In this document: in pieces, positions 9,229 to 18,915 of the stretch
Numbering within the stretch: position 1 is the first letter of the stretch
How the letters are laid out: each line of letters opens with the position of its first letter
Assembly: GCA_035604635.1 (NCBI GenBank)
Contig: DATNIC010000003.1
Location: forward strand, 22,028-86,027
DNA length: 64,000 nt
Direction: 5' to 3'
Source: Candidatus Binatia bacterium
GTDB lineage: Bacteria > Vulcanimicrobiota > Vulcanimicrobiia > Vulcanimicrobiales > Vulcanimicrobiaceae
Program-made: the position numbers and the translations under genes
The notes under the pieces: model-generated
What the model was told of the DNA's origin: nothing
Databases searched by the model: none
The model's input: the letters and a program-made list of their open reading frames with translations, nothing else

Positions 9229-9998
9229 GATACGGCTTCCAATTCGCCGAGGATCTCGCGCGCCAAAGCGAGATAGGCTTGCGCGCCGCGGCTCTTGATA
9301 TCGAAGATGATCACCGGTTTACCGTACGACGGCGCTTCCGATATGCGAATGTTTCGTGGAATCTGCGTCTTGAAAACGACACGCGGAAAATAGCGGTGCA
9401 CTTCGTCGAGGACTTCGGTGGCGAGCCTCGTTCGACCGTCGAACATCGTGATCAGCACGCCTGAAATCGCCAGTCTCGGGTTGAGCGCGCCATGCACGCG
9501 TCCGATGACGGTCGTGAGTTGCGAGAGTCCTTCGAGGGCGTAAAACTCCGCCTGCACGGGGACGATCGCTTCGTCTGCGGCAGTGAGCGCATTGATCGTC
9601 AAGAGTCCGAGCGACGGCGGGCAATCGATGAGAACGAAGTCGTACTGATCGCGCACCGCTTCGAGCGCGTTCTTCAGCCGCGTCTCTCGCGAGAGCATCG
9701 AAACGAGTTCGATCTCGGCGCCGGCGAGATTTAGCGTAGCCGGAACGACGAAAAGGTTCGGAATTTCGGTCGCTTTTGTCACTTCCGCGATCGGCGCGTC
9801 TTGCAGCAAAGCCGAATAGATGCACGCCGGCAAGCCGCGCTTGTTGATCCCCAGGCCGGTCGTCGTGTTGCCTTGCGGATCGATGTCGACGACGAGCGTC
9901 TTGCGTCCAAGCGTCGCGAGTGACGCGCCCAAGTTCACGGCCGTCGTGCTCTTACCGACGCCGCCTTTTTGGTTCACGATAGCGATGACGCGACTCAA
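9225..9998 (-). CDS. parA: Chromosome partitioning ATPase ParA/Soj
   Basis: C-terminal 257 codons of ORF 9225..10730. Deviant Walker A VNQKGGVGKST. Start set at in-frame TTG (LSRVIAIVNQKGG), 10 nt after a GGAG contributed by repeat copy A. The upstream part of the ORF reads through the repeat and is rejected. Confidence 0.88.
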   Translation of the reverse strand: MSRVIAIVNQKGGVGKSTTAVNLGASLATLGRKTLVVDIDPQGNTTTGLGINKRGLPACIYSALLQDAPIAEVTKATEIPNLFVVPATLNLAGAEIELVSMLSRETRLKNALEAVRDQYDFVLIDCPPSLGLLTINALTAADEAIVPVQAEFYALEGLSQLTTVIGRVHGALNPRLAISGVLITMFDGRTRLATEVLDEVHRYFPRVVFKTQIPRNIRISEAPSYGKPVIIFDIKSRGAQAYLALAREILGELEAVS

Positions 9999-10005
9999 TT
10001 TTAAG

Positions 10006-10115
10006 GCGCTCCGCCCCAGGCTCCGCGCCCCCCATGCTTCGCATGGGGCCCCCAGACCGTCGGGCCCGTAAACATTCTCCTCACAATTCGATTCCCCGAG
10101 GGGGCCCGTAACAAC
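10006..10115 (-). repeat. Structured GC-rich intergenic repeat, copy A (immediately 5' of parA)
   Basis: Reverse complement reads GTTGTTACGGGCCCCCTCGGGGAATCG...GGGGGCCCCATGCGAAGCATGGGGGGCGCGGAGCCTGGGGCGGAGCGCC. See findings for the five other copies. Confidence 0.9.
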
Positions 10116-10188
10116 AAATCCGGTGTTCGGCCTACCGTCCGGGATGCTTTTGTTCGCGATGCGGAATATCTTTCCATAAAACGATAAA

Positions 10189-11580
10189 CTATGTTCCCCG
10201 GGGAACCTTGGCGGCCTGGAGCCGGAGGATCTCGAGCTGGGCTTCTCGCGGCAGGGTCGGTTCGTCGAGGACTCGCTCGAGGACCGCTTGCAAAAGGGGG
10301 CCCACGCGACGGTCGCCGCCTTTGGCCGTCGGCTCGGCGCCCAAGGCCCGCAAGGCGTCCTGCCCGTCGACGGCGAGGTCCCGGACCGAGAGGGGTGGCC
10401 GCTCGGCGAGGATCGCTTGGACCCGCCGTTCGAAGCGCTCGTTGCTGTCGCCGCGCTTGGGCAACCCGCTCCCAACGATATCAGCCCGTCGAAGCTGAAA
10501 CTGCCGCTCGAGCTCGTCTTGACCGACCCGCCGGACGAAGCGCCGGATCGCTCGGTCCGAAAGTTCCGGCGCCGCGACGTACATGTGCTCGCGGACGAGT
10601 CGCGCGATCTGTTCGGTCTCGTCATTGGAAAAGCGCAGCCGCTCGAGGATCGATCGGGTGACGTCCTGCCCGACGACCTCGTGCCGGTAGAAGTGCGGGC
10701 CCTCTTTGGTGCGGGGTTTTCCGACGTCATGCAGGAGCGCCGCTACGCGCAAGACGAGGTCGCCCGGCGGCGTGGCATCGAGCGTCTCCAAGCTGTGGCG
10801 GTAGACGTCGTAGGCGTGCCATTCATTCTGGTCGACGCCGACGCCCTCGAGCAGCTCGGGGACGACGTGAGCCAGCACCCCGCCCGTGCGCATCAACTCG
10901 ATCCCGATCGAGGGACGCGACGCGTCCGCGAGCAGCTTGACGAGCTCGTCATGGATGCGCTCGGCTGAGACCGTTGCAACGAGCGGTGCGACCGCTCGCA
11001 TCGCCTCCATCGTAGCCGGGGTCAGGGCGAACTCGAAGCGCGCCGCAAATTGGCAAGCCCGCAGCATGCGCAGCGGATCTTCGACGAACGCTTCGGGCCG
11101 CAAGATATCGATTCGCCGGGCAGCGATATCGGCGGCGCCCTCGTACGGGTCGACGAGGCCGCCGGAAGGGATCGCCCGCGCAAGCATGTTCATGCGAAAA
11201 TCGCGCCGTGCGAGGTCTTCCTCGAGCGAGACGTCCGGCCCGGCGGCATCAAGCGCGAAGGCACGGTGCCCGACCCCGGTCGAGCGTTCGCGACGCGGGA
11301 GGGCAACGTCGACCGTCACCCCCTCGATGATGCACTTCACGACCGGGAACGATGCCCCGGCGACCTCAGCTCGGCCGACGTTCGCGAGCCGCTCGACCAG
11401 GGCATCGAGCCCGATCCCGGTCGCGACGTAGTCGAGGTCTTTGACCGGCCGCGGGATACCGTCGAGCTCGGAACGCAGTTCATCGCGGACCCGTCCGCCG
11501 ACGGCAAAAAGGGAGCCCGCCGGCAGCACGGCAGCGAGCCGGACATCGATCGCCGCCAGGTCCGCGAGCGGCTCAGTCAT
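10189..11580 (-). CDS. cca: CCA tRNA nucleotidyltransferase / poly(A) polymerase family protein with HD domain
   Basis: ORF 463 aa. Nucleotidyltransferase head (FAVGGRVRDELR...KDLDY) and HD domain (LLHDVGKPRT). Confidence 0.85.
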   Translation of the reverse strand: MTEPLADLAAIDVRLAAVLPAGSLFAVGGRVRDELRSELDGIPRPVKDLDYVATGIGLDALVERLANVGRAEVAGASFPVVKCIIEGVTVDVALPRRERSTGVGHRAFALDAAGPDVSLEEDLARRDFRMNMLARAIPSGGLVDPYEGAADIAARRIDILRPEAFVEDPLRMLRACQFAARFEFALTPATMEAMRAVAPLVATVSAERIHDELVKLLADASRPSIGIELMRTGGVLAHVVPELLEGVGVDQNEWHAYDVYRHSLETLDATPPGDLVLRVAALLHDVGKPRTKEGPHFYRHEVVGQDVTRSILERLRFSNDETEQIARLVREHMYVAAPELSDRAIRRFVRRVGQDELERQFQLRRADIVGSGLPKRGDSNERFERRVQAILAERPPLSVRDLAVDGQDALRALGAEPTAKGGDRRVGPLLQAVLERVLDEPTLPREAQLEILRLQAAKVPRGT

Positions 11581-12223
11581 AACACAGCGGTCGCTTCGTG
11601 GGGATGCCGGTCCGCCGAGGAAACCGTCCCGGGGTCTCCCCCCGCTTCTCGATGATCACGATCCGGCGCTCTCCAGCGAGCTGCCGCTCCTCGATCAGTG
11701 TGCCCCCGAGCATCTCCGCCGCACCAGCGACAGCCGCCCGCTCGCGTTCGTCCATCGCGCCCCGCTGTAGGAGCGCGACGCCTCCGGGCGCCAGGAACGG
11801 GAGCGTCAGCTCAGCGACTGTCGACGCGCTCCCGACCGCGCGCGCCGTCGCCGTCAGGAAGGTGCCGCGCAGCGCCGGGTCGTGCGCCAGGGTCTCGGCC
11901 CGTCCGGTTCGCACCGTCCCCTCCAAACCCAGATGCGTCAGCGCGCTCCCGAGAAAGTCGGCCTTCTTTGCGACCGCCTCGACACACGTGAGGCGCTGGG
12001 CGGTCGCGAGGGCAAGCGGGATCCCCGGCAACCCTCCGCCCGCACCGACATCGACGAGCGCACCTCGGACGAACGGGGCGAGCGTCAACGCATCGAGGAG
12101 ATGCGGGACGAGCGCGTCCACCGTCCGCGCCGCGGTCAAGTTCACCCTGCGCGTCGCCTCGAGGAGAAGTGCCCCGTACCTCGCCAGCCGCTTGGCGAGG
12201 TCCGCGGCGACGCCGTCGGCCAT
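11573..12223 (-). CDS. rsmG: 16S rRNA (guanine527-N7)-methyltransferase RsmG (GidB)
   Basis: C-terminal 216 codons of ORF 11573..12562, from ATG 12223 (MADGVAADLAKRLARYGALLLE...). SAM motif LVDVGAGGGLPGIPLA. Sits downstream of mnmG as usual. Confidence 0.88.
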   Translation of the reverse strand: MADGVAADLAKRLARYGALLLEATRRVNLTAARTVDALVPHLLDALTLAPFVRGALVDVGAGGGLPGIPLALATAQRLTCVEAVAKKADFLGSALTHLGLEGTVRTGRAETLAHDPALRGTFLTATARAVGSASTVAELTLPFLAPGGVALLQRGAMDERERAAVAGAAEMLGGTLIEERQLAGERRIVIIEKRGETPGRFPRRTGIPTKRPLCYD

Positions 12224-12245
12224 AAGACGCGCGCCGATCTCGGTC

Positions 12246-14108
<1,863 letters not shown>

Positions 14109-14131
14109 CGAGGGTTATTGTACGTGAAGCA

Positions 14132-15001
14132 ATGGCCGATTCAAAGCTCGCGGTGCGCGAGAACGTCGCCGGGCCGTTTTTCGTCGACCGCACCTGCATC
14201 GATTGCGATGCCTGCCGGCAACTCGCGCCCAGCGTCTTCGGCGACGGCGCGCGGACGTCGTTCGTCGCGCAACAACCGCGCGACGCAGGCAACCTGCGCG
14301 CGGCCCAGCAGGCCGTCCTGGCGTGCCCGGTCGGTGCGATCGGCGACCGCGACCACCGCCCGAACGCGGCGACGCACGACTTTCCGCTGCTCATCGATGG
14401 TGATTTGGAAACGCGCGGCGTCGCCTTCTGCGGCTTCAACGCGCGCGCATCCTACGGCGGGAACAGCTATCTGATCGTCCATCCCGACGGGAATTGGCTG
14501 GTTGACTCGCCGCGCTTCGTGCGGCCGCTCGTCGAGCGGATCGCGGCTTTCGGCGGCCTGCGCTTCATTTTCCTCACGCACCGCGACGACGTCGCCGATG
14601 CCGCGGAATTCGCCGCACACTTCGGTGCGCAGCGCATCATCCATGAAGGCGACCGCGGCGCGGCGCCCGGCGCAGAGATCGTCATCGAGGGCAGCGCGCC
14701 GGTCGCTTTCGCGCCCGAGTTCACGATCATCCCCACGCCCGGCCACACGCGGGGGCACTGCGTCCTCTTGCACGAGCGCTACTTGTTCACCGGCGACCAT
14801 CTTGCATACGACACCGACGCGCAACGTCTCGTCGCGTGGCGCGACGTCTGCTGGTATTCATGGCCCAAGCAACTCGAATCGCTCGAAAAACTCGCAGCTT
14901 ACGATTTCACGTGGGTCTTACCCGGTCACGGCAAGCGTATCCATCAGTCGCCGGACGTGATGCGCACGCAGCTGCACCGCCTCGTGGAGCGCGCCGCCTA
15001 G
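14132..15001 (+). CDS. Ferredoxin-like domain fused to MBL-fold metallo-hydrolase
   Basis: ORF 289 aa. N-terminal Cys cluster FFVDRTCIDCDACRQLAP; MBL motifs FLTHRDDV and TPGHTRGH. Confidence 0.75.
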   Translation: MADSKLAVRENVAGPFFVDRTCIDCDACRQLAPSVFGDGARTSFVAQQPRDAGNLRAAQQAVLACPVGAIGDRDHRPNAATHDFPLLIDGDLETRGVAFCGFNARASYGGNSYLIVHPDGNWLVDSPRFVRPLVERIAAFGGLRFIFLTHRDDVADAAEFAAHFGAQRIIHEGDRGAAPGAEIVIEGSAPVAFAPEFTIIPTPGHTRGHCVLLHERYLFTGDHLAYDTDAQRLVAWRDVCWYSWPKQLESLEKLAAYDFTWVLPGHGKRIHQSPDVMRTQLHRLVERAA

Positions 15002-15002
15002 G

Positions 15003-16361
15003 CTACTTTCCGATACAGAAGCGCGCGAAGATCCCATCGAGAAGCTCTTCGGTCGCATCCTCGCCCGTGATCCCGCCGAGTGCGGCCGAGGCTTCAATGA
15101 GATCGGAGCTGGTGAAATCCAGCGGGTCGCCGCGCTCGATCGTCTCGCACGCGCGTTCAAGCGCGCGCACTGCCGCGCTCACGCAATCGGCCTGACGCGC
15201 GCTCGCGAGATGCGGGCGCTCGAGATCAGGCAACACGCCGCCCCAGCCGCGATGCGCGATCAGCTCGCGCACGTGGGCCAAATCCGTCGAGTCGCGCGTC
15301 GAGCCGAGCAACGCATCGCGCTCCGCGGCCTCGCGGGCGTCGTAACCGGTGCGTCCGAGATCGCGCTTGTTGAAAAAAAGGACTCGCTCGCGCTCGCGCG
15401 TCGCGACGAGGATCGCGCGCGCCTCCGCACCGAGCGGCTGCGAAGCGTCGATGACGACGAGGGCGATGCGCGCCTGCTCGAGCGCTCGCCGTGCGCGCTC
15501 GATCCCTGCCGCCTCGAGCCGGTCGGCGTGTTCGCGGATCCCGGCAGTATCGACCAGCCGGACGAACACGCCGTCGATCGCAAGCGATTCCTCGATCGTA
15601 TCGCGCGTCGTCCCGGAGATCTCGGAGACGAGCGCTCGCTCTTCGCCCAAAAGGGCATTGAGCAGCGACGACTTGCCGGCGTTGGGCGGCCCGACGATCG
15701 CGACGGTCGTCCCCTCGCGCACGAGCCGCCCCGTCTCCCACGATCCGAAGAGGCGTTGCAATTCGTCTGCGATCGCATGCAGACGCGCCGCGAACGGCGC
15801 GCGCTCGGGTTCGGGGACCTCGTCGGGGAAATCGAGCGAGCCCGCCAGCTCCTCGAGCATCGTTTGCAAGCGGGCGCGCAGGGCGGCGACGATCTCGACG
15901 AGTCCGCCGGCAAGCCGGGCCGCGGCCGAACGCACGGCCGAGCGTCCTTCGGCCTCGATGAGATCCGCCACGGCCTCAGCCGCCGAGAGATCGAGCTTCC
16001 CCGCCAAGAAAGCGCGCCGCGTGAATTCGCCCTGCGTCGCCAGGCGCGCGCCGGCGGCCAACGCGGCGCGCAAGGTCTCGCGCACCACGACGGGCGAGCC
16101 GTGCACGTGCAATTCGAGAACATCCTCGCCCGTATAGGAACGCGGCGCGGGCATCCAAAGCGCGAGCCCACGATCGAGCGTCTCGCCGGCTGCATCGAGG
16201 ATCGTCCCGGTCGTCGCGACTCGCTCGCGCAACGCGGTGCGCGAGCGAAAGACCCGCTCCGCGACGCTGCGCGCGCCCGGTCCGCTCACGCGCACGATCG
16301 CGACCGCCCCGCGCCCGGGCGGCGTCGCGAGCGCGACGATCGTGCCGAGGTCGGAACTTAT
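15003..16361 (-). CDS. mnmE: tRNA modification GTPase MnmE (TrmE); start codon unresolved
   Basis: ORF 15003..16295 (GTG) lacks the conserved N-terminus. The same frame upstream encodes EISSDLGTIVALATPPGRGAVAIVRVSGP with no ATG/GTG/TTG. Start tentatively placed at ATA 16361, overlapping the jag TAA (ATAA). G domain GPPNAGKSSL, DTAG; C-terminal CIGK. Confidence 0.85.
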   Translation of the reverse strand: MSSDLGTIVALATPPGRGAVAIVRVSGPGARSVAERVFRSRTALRERVATTGTILDAAGETLDRGLALWMPAPRSYTGEDVLELHVHGSPVVVRETLRAALAAGARLATQGEFTRRAFLAGKLDLSAAEAVADLIEAEGRSAVRSAAARLAGGLVEIVAALRARLQTMLEELAGSLDFPDEVPEPERAPFAARLHAIADELQRLFGSWETGRLVREGTTVAIVGPPNAGKSSLLNALLGEERALVSEISGTTRDTIEESLAIDGVFVRLVDTAGIREHADRLEAAGIERARRALEQARIALVVIDASQPLGAEARAILVATRERERVLFFNKRDLGRTGYDAREAAERDALLGSTRDSTDLAHVRELIAHRGWGGVLPDLERPHLASARQADCVSAAVRALERACETIERGDPLDFTSSDLIEASAALGGITGEDATEELLDGIFARFCIGK

Positions 16362-16969
16362 TTCGGCGAGATGACGACGCGCCGCTCGGGATCGACGCCC
16401 GTCGACTCGGTCGTCACGTACGGATTGTCGGCCAGCGCCAGATGGATGACCTTGCGCTCCGAGGGCAGCATCGGCTCGAGCATTTGCGGCTTGCGCTCGC
16501 GCACCGCGCGTTCGAGGGTCGCCAGCGCGACCGCCTTGAGCTGGTCGGCGCGGCGCGCGCGATAGCCTTCGGCGTCGATCGTGTAGTAGCGGCGGTTATT
16601 ACGCACGCCCGCATTCACGATATTATTAAATATGAGGTTGAGCGCCTCGAGCGTATGGCCGTGCCGGCCAATCAAGTTCGCGAGATCGGGGCCGCGCACT
16701 TCGAGGTACTCGCCTTCCGTGCGCACGATGTAGCGCACTTCCGCGGACGGGACGCCCATGCGCGTGAGGATGCCTTCGAGCAGCTCGCGCGCCGGCTTGG
16801 CCGATTCGGGCTCGACGCTCGGCGCTTCGCTGTGCCGCTGCCGGCGCGGTGGAGCCTCGGCCGGCCCGCTTGCGCGCGGCAGTGGCGCCGAGCGGCCCGC
16901 GCGGCGTCGATTGCCGTGTTCGCGGCTGGGCTGCGCCTCGTCGTCGTTGCGCTCGCGTTCTTCGTCCAT
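16358..16969 (-). CDS. jag: Jag/KhpB-type RNA-binding protein (KH + R3H domains)
   Basis: ORF 203 aa. KH-like region (LIGRHGHTLEALN) and R3H (ERKVIHLALADNPYVTTES). The N-terminus is a charged, disordered segment instead of a Jag_N domain. Confidence 0.8.
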   Translation of the reverse strand: MDEERERNDDEAQPSREHGNRRRAGRSAPLPRASGPAEAPPRRQRHSEAPSVEPESAKPARELLEGILTRMGVPSAEVRYIVRTEGEYLEVRGPDLANLIGRHGHTLEALNLIFNNIVNAGVRNNRRYYTIDAEGYRARRADQLKAVALATLERAVRERKPQMLEPMLPSERKVIHLALADNPYVTTESTGVDPERRVVISPK

Positions 16970-16987
16970 CGTTCTCTCCTTAATGCG

Positions 16988-17797
16988 CTACCGGCGCGAC
17001 CGCCGCTTGCGACGCGACGGTTCTTTCCGGACGCCCGAGGCCGGTGCGCCGTTGCGCGACGGGTCGGCCGCGTTCGCGGACTCGAGGGCCGGGGCGCCGG
17101 CGGGTGCCGGTGCGACACGGAAACGGCGCAACATGAAATACTGCTGCGCCATCGTGAAGGCGTTGATCGCCAGCCAGTATAGGATCAGCGCGGATGGCCA
17201 CGAGCGGCCGAACCACGCGATGAACAGCGGCGAGGTGAACGCCATGATCTTCTGCGTCTGAGCCTGCTGCGGATCAGACGACGGCGGGCTGCCGAAGCGG
17301 ACGCTGAAATACATCGAGACAACGTAGAGCACGAGCAGCACGTAATCCGGCGCCGCGAGGCTGGTCGCCAGGATATTCGGAAATTGGTGCGAGAACGCGC
17401 CGCCGATCCACAGCCACTTCTCGTTCGTAAACGTCTTCTGCTCGGCGATGATCGCATAGTACAAGCTGAAGAGAATCGGCATTTGCAAGAGCAGGGGCAG
17501 GCAGCTCGCAAACGGGTTGACGTTGTGCTCTTTGTAGAGCGCCATCGTCTCGGCGTTGATCTTCTGCGGATCACCCTTGTGTTTTGCTTGGATCCCCTTG
17601 AGCAGCGGCGCAATCTTCTGCATCTCCGCCATCGACTTGAACTGCACGAAAGTCAGCGGCAAGAACGCGATCCGGATCAGGGCGGCCAAGACGATCAAGC
17701 TCCAGCCCAGATTGTGGATGACGCCGTTGAGCGCGATGATGACCTGAATCAGCGCATCGACGATCGGTTGGAGCGGATTGGAAAAGGCGAGAAACAA
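16988..17797 (-). CDS. yidC: Membrane protein insertase YidC/Oxa1 family, short form with basic C-terminal tail
   Basis: ORF 269 aa. Conserved core LAALIRIAFLPLTFVQFKSMAEMQKIAPLLKGIQAKHKGDPQK...NPFASCLPLLLQMPILF. Tail RKEPSRRKRRSRR. No large periplasmic P1 domain. Confidence 0.9.
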   Translation of the reverse strand: MFLAFSNPLQPIVDALIQVIIALNGVIHNLGWSLIVLAALIRIAFLPLTFVQFKSMAEMQKIAPLLKGIQAKHKGDPQKINAETMALYKEHNVNPFASCLPLLLQMPILFSLYYAIIAEQKTFTNEKWLWIGGAFSHQFPNILATSLAAPDYVLLVLYVVSMYFSVRFGSPPSSDPQQAQTQKIMAFTSPLFIAWFGRSWPSALILYWLAINAFTMAQQYFMLRRFRVAPAPAGAPALESANAADPSRNGAPASGVRKEPSRRKRRSRR

Positions 17798-17832
17798 CGA
17801 GGAGCCTTTCGAGGGCGCGAAGACCGGACGCC

Positions 17833-18045
17833 TTACGGGACCGGGTCAAAGCCTCCCGGATTCCACGGGTTACAGCGTACGAGGCGGCCGGCTGCGAGGA
17901 GGACGCCGCGCCAGGGGCCATGCTTCAACACTGCTTGGTAAGCGTACTGCGAGCACGACGGCGCGAAGCGGCATGCGGGCGGGAACAGCGGCGAGAGCAC
18001 CAGCTTGTATAAGCGCAGGACGCCCAAGAACAGCAAGCGGATCAC
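17833..18045 (-). CDS. yidD: Membrane protein insertion efficiency factor YidD
   Basis: ORF 70 aa. Motifs YKLVLSPL...CRF.PSCSQYA...HG...G..L...R...CNP. Confidence 0.9.
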   Translation of the reverse strand: MIRLLFLGVLRLYKLVLSPLFPPACRFAPSCSQYAYQAVLKHGPWRGVLLAAGRLVRCNPWNPGGFDPVP

Positions 18046-18347
18046 AAAGCCCCCGCCAACTCTCGCGCCAGCTCGGCATATGAGGCTCGGCCGCTTCCGG
18101 CGCGCGCGACGATGACAAGATCGCGCGGCGCCGTCCCCAACAAGCGGCGCACCGCTTCGCGCAGCCTGCGGCGGATTCGATTGCGCTCGACTGCCCCGCC
18201 GACCGTCCGGCCGACGACGATCCCCACTCGAACCGGCCCCTCGCGTTTCACCAGACTATATACCGCCAAACGCGGCGTTTGGGTACGCCTGCCCCGGCCT
18301 CGCACCCGGGCAAAATCGCCCCGGCGCCGCAGGCTCTCGAAGCTCAC
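18042..18347 (-). CDS. rnpA: Ribonuclease P protein component
   Basis: C-terminal 101 codons of ORF 18042..18767, from GTG 18347 ([21 protein letters not shown]...[14 protein letters not shown]). Stop overlaps the yidD start (ATGA). Begins 2 nt after the rpmH stop. Confidence 0.85.
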   Translation of the reverse strand: MSFESLRRRGDFARVRGRGRRTQTPRLAVYSLVKREGPVRVGIVVGRTVGGAVERNRIRRRLREAVRRLLGTAPRDLVIVARAGSGRASYAELARELAGAL

Positions 18348-18349
18348 GG

Positions 18350-18484
18350 CTACACCGAGAGCCGCTTGCGGCCTTTCTTGCGGCGCGCCGCCAGGACGCG
18401 ACGACCGTTCTTGGTCCGCATCCGCTCCAAGAATCCGTGTACGCGCTTGCGCCGGCGGTTGTGCGGCTGATACGTCCGCTTCAT
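18350..18484 (-). CDS. rpmH: 50S ribosomal protein L34
   Basis: Too short for the ORF track. Hand translation: [44 protein letters not shown], a canonical L34. Confidence 0.93.
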   Translation of the reverse strand: MKRTYQPHNRRRKRVHGFLERMRTKNGRRVLAARRKKGRKRLSV

Positions 18485-18613
18485 GACAGGGGGTCGGGCC
18501 TTTCCTCGGGCTAGAAATCCGGCCGGGGTCGCCCGCGGCCGCAGTCATCGAGTATACGGCGGCGCCGTGACCCGCGTCAAGAAAAAGGCACGAAATGCGA
18601 ACCCTTCGCAGCC

Positions 18614-18788
18614 TTTCCACACCTGTGGACAAGCCTGTGGAGACGCTCGCTGCACGGGAGGCCTCTAAGGGCGCAACGACCGAGTTTTTTCGCTGTAATA
18701 GCGCCACGATCAGCTTGCGGATAAGCCCGAAAAACCCTGATTTGACGGGCTTTCTCTGATGGTTCATTGCCTGTGGATAAGTGGATAA
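18614..18788. promoter_or_regulatory. DnaA-box cluster in the rpmH-dnaA intergenic region
   Basis: Matches to TTATCCACA/TGTGGATAA: TGTGGATAA 18772-18780 (perfect), AGTGGATAA 18780-18788, TGCGGATAA 18716-18724, TGTGGACAA 18624-18632. Weaker: TGTGGAGAC 18636-18644 and CTTTCCACA 18613-18621. Confidence 0.65.
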
Positions 18789-18915
18789 AATCGTGCTTGG
18801 AAACCGCAGGAACGCAGTCGCTCGCCGCTAATTGTGCGGCTCACTCCGACGGGTCGATTCGCGCATGCGGGGGCCGATCGCTACGGCGGAAATCTGCGTT
18901 TTCGGTAGGTACTGC

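Noticed and set aside
9340-9365. parS site near parAB (TGTTTCGTGGAAT inside parA)
   Set aside because: It matches only one half of the TGTTTCACGTGAAACA palindrome. I noticed no full parS anywhere in the window.
9999-10730. N-terminal 244 codons of the 501-aa ORF containing parA
   Set aside because: This part reads through repeat copy A (giving ...VTGPLGES...[16 protein letters not shown]) and the antisense of the cca 3' end, with a Ser/Arg-rich junk translation. ParA homology begins exactly at the in-frame TTG.
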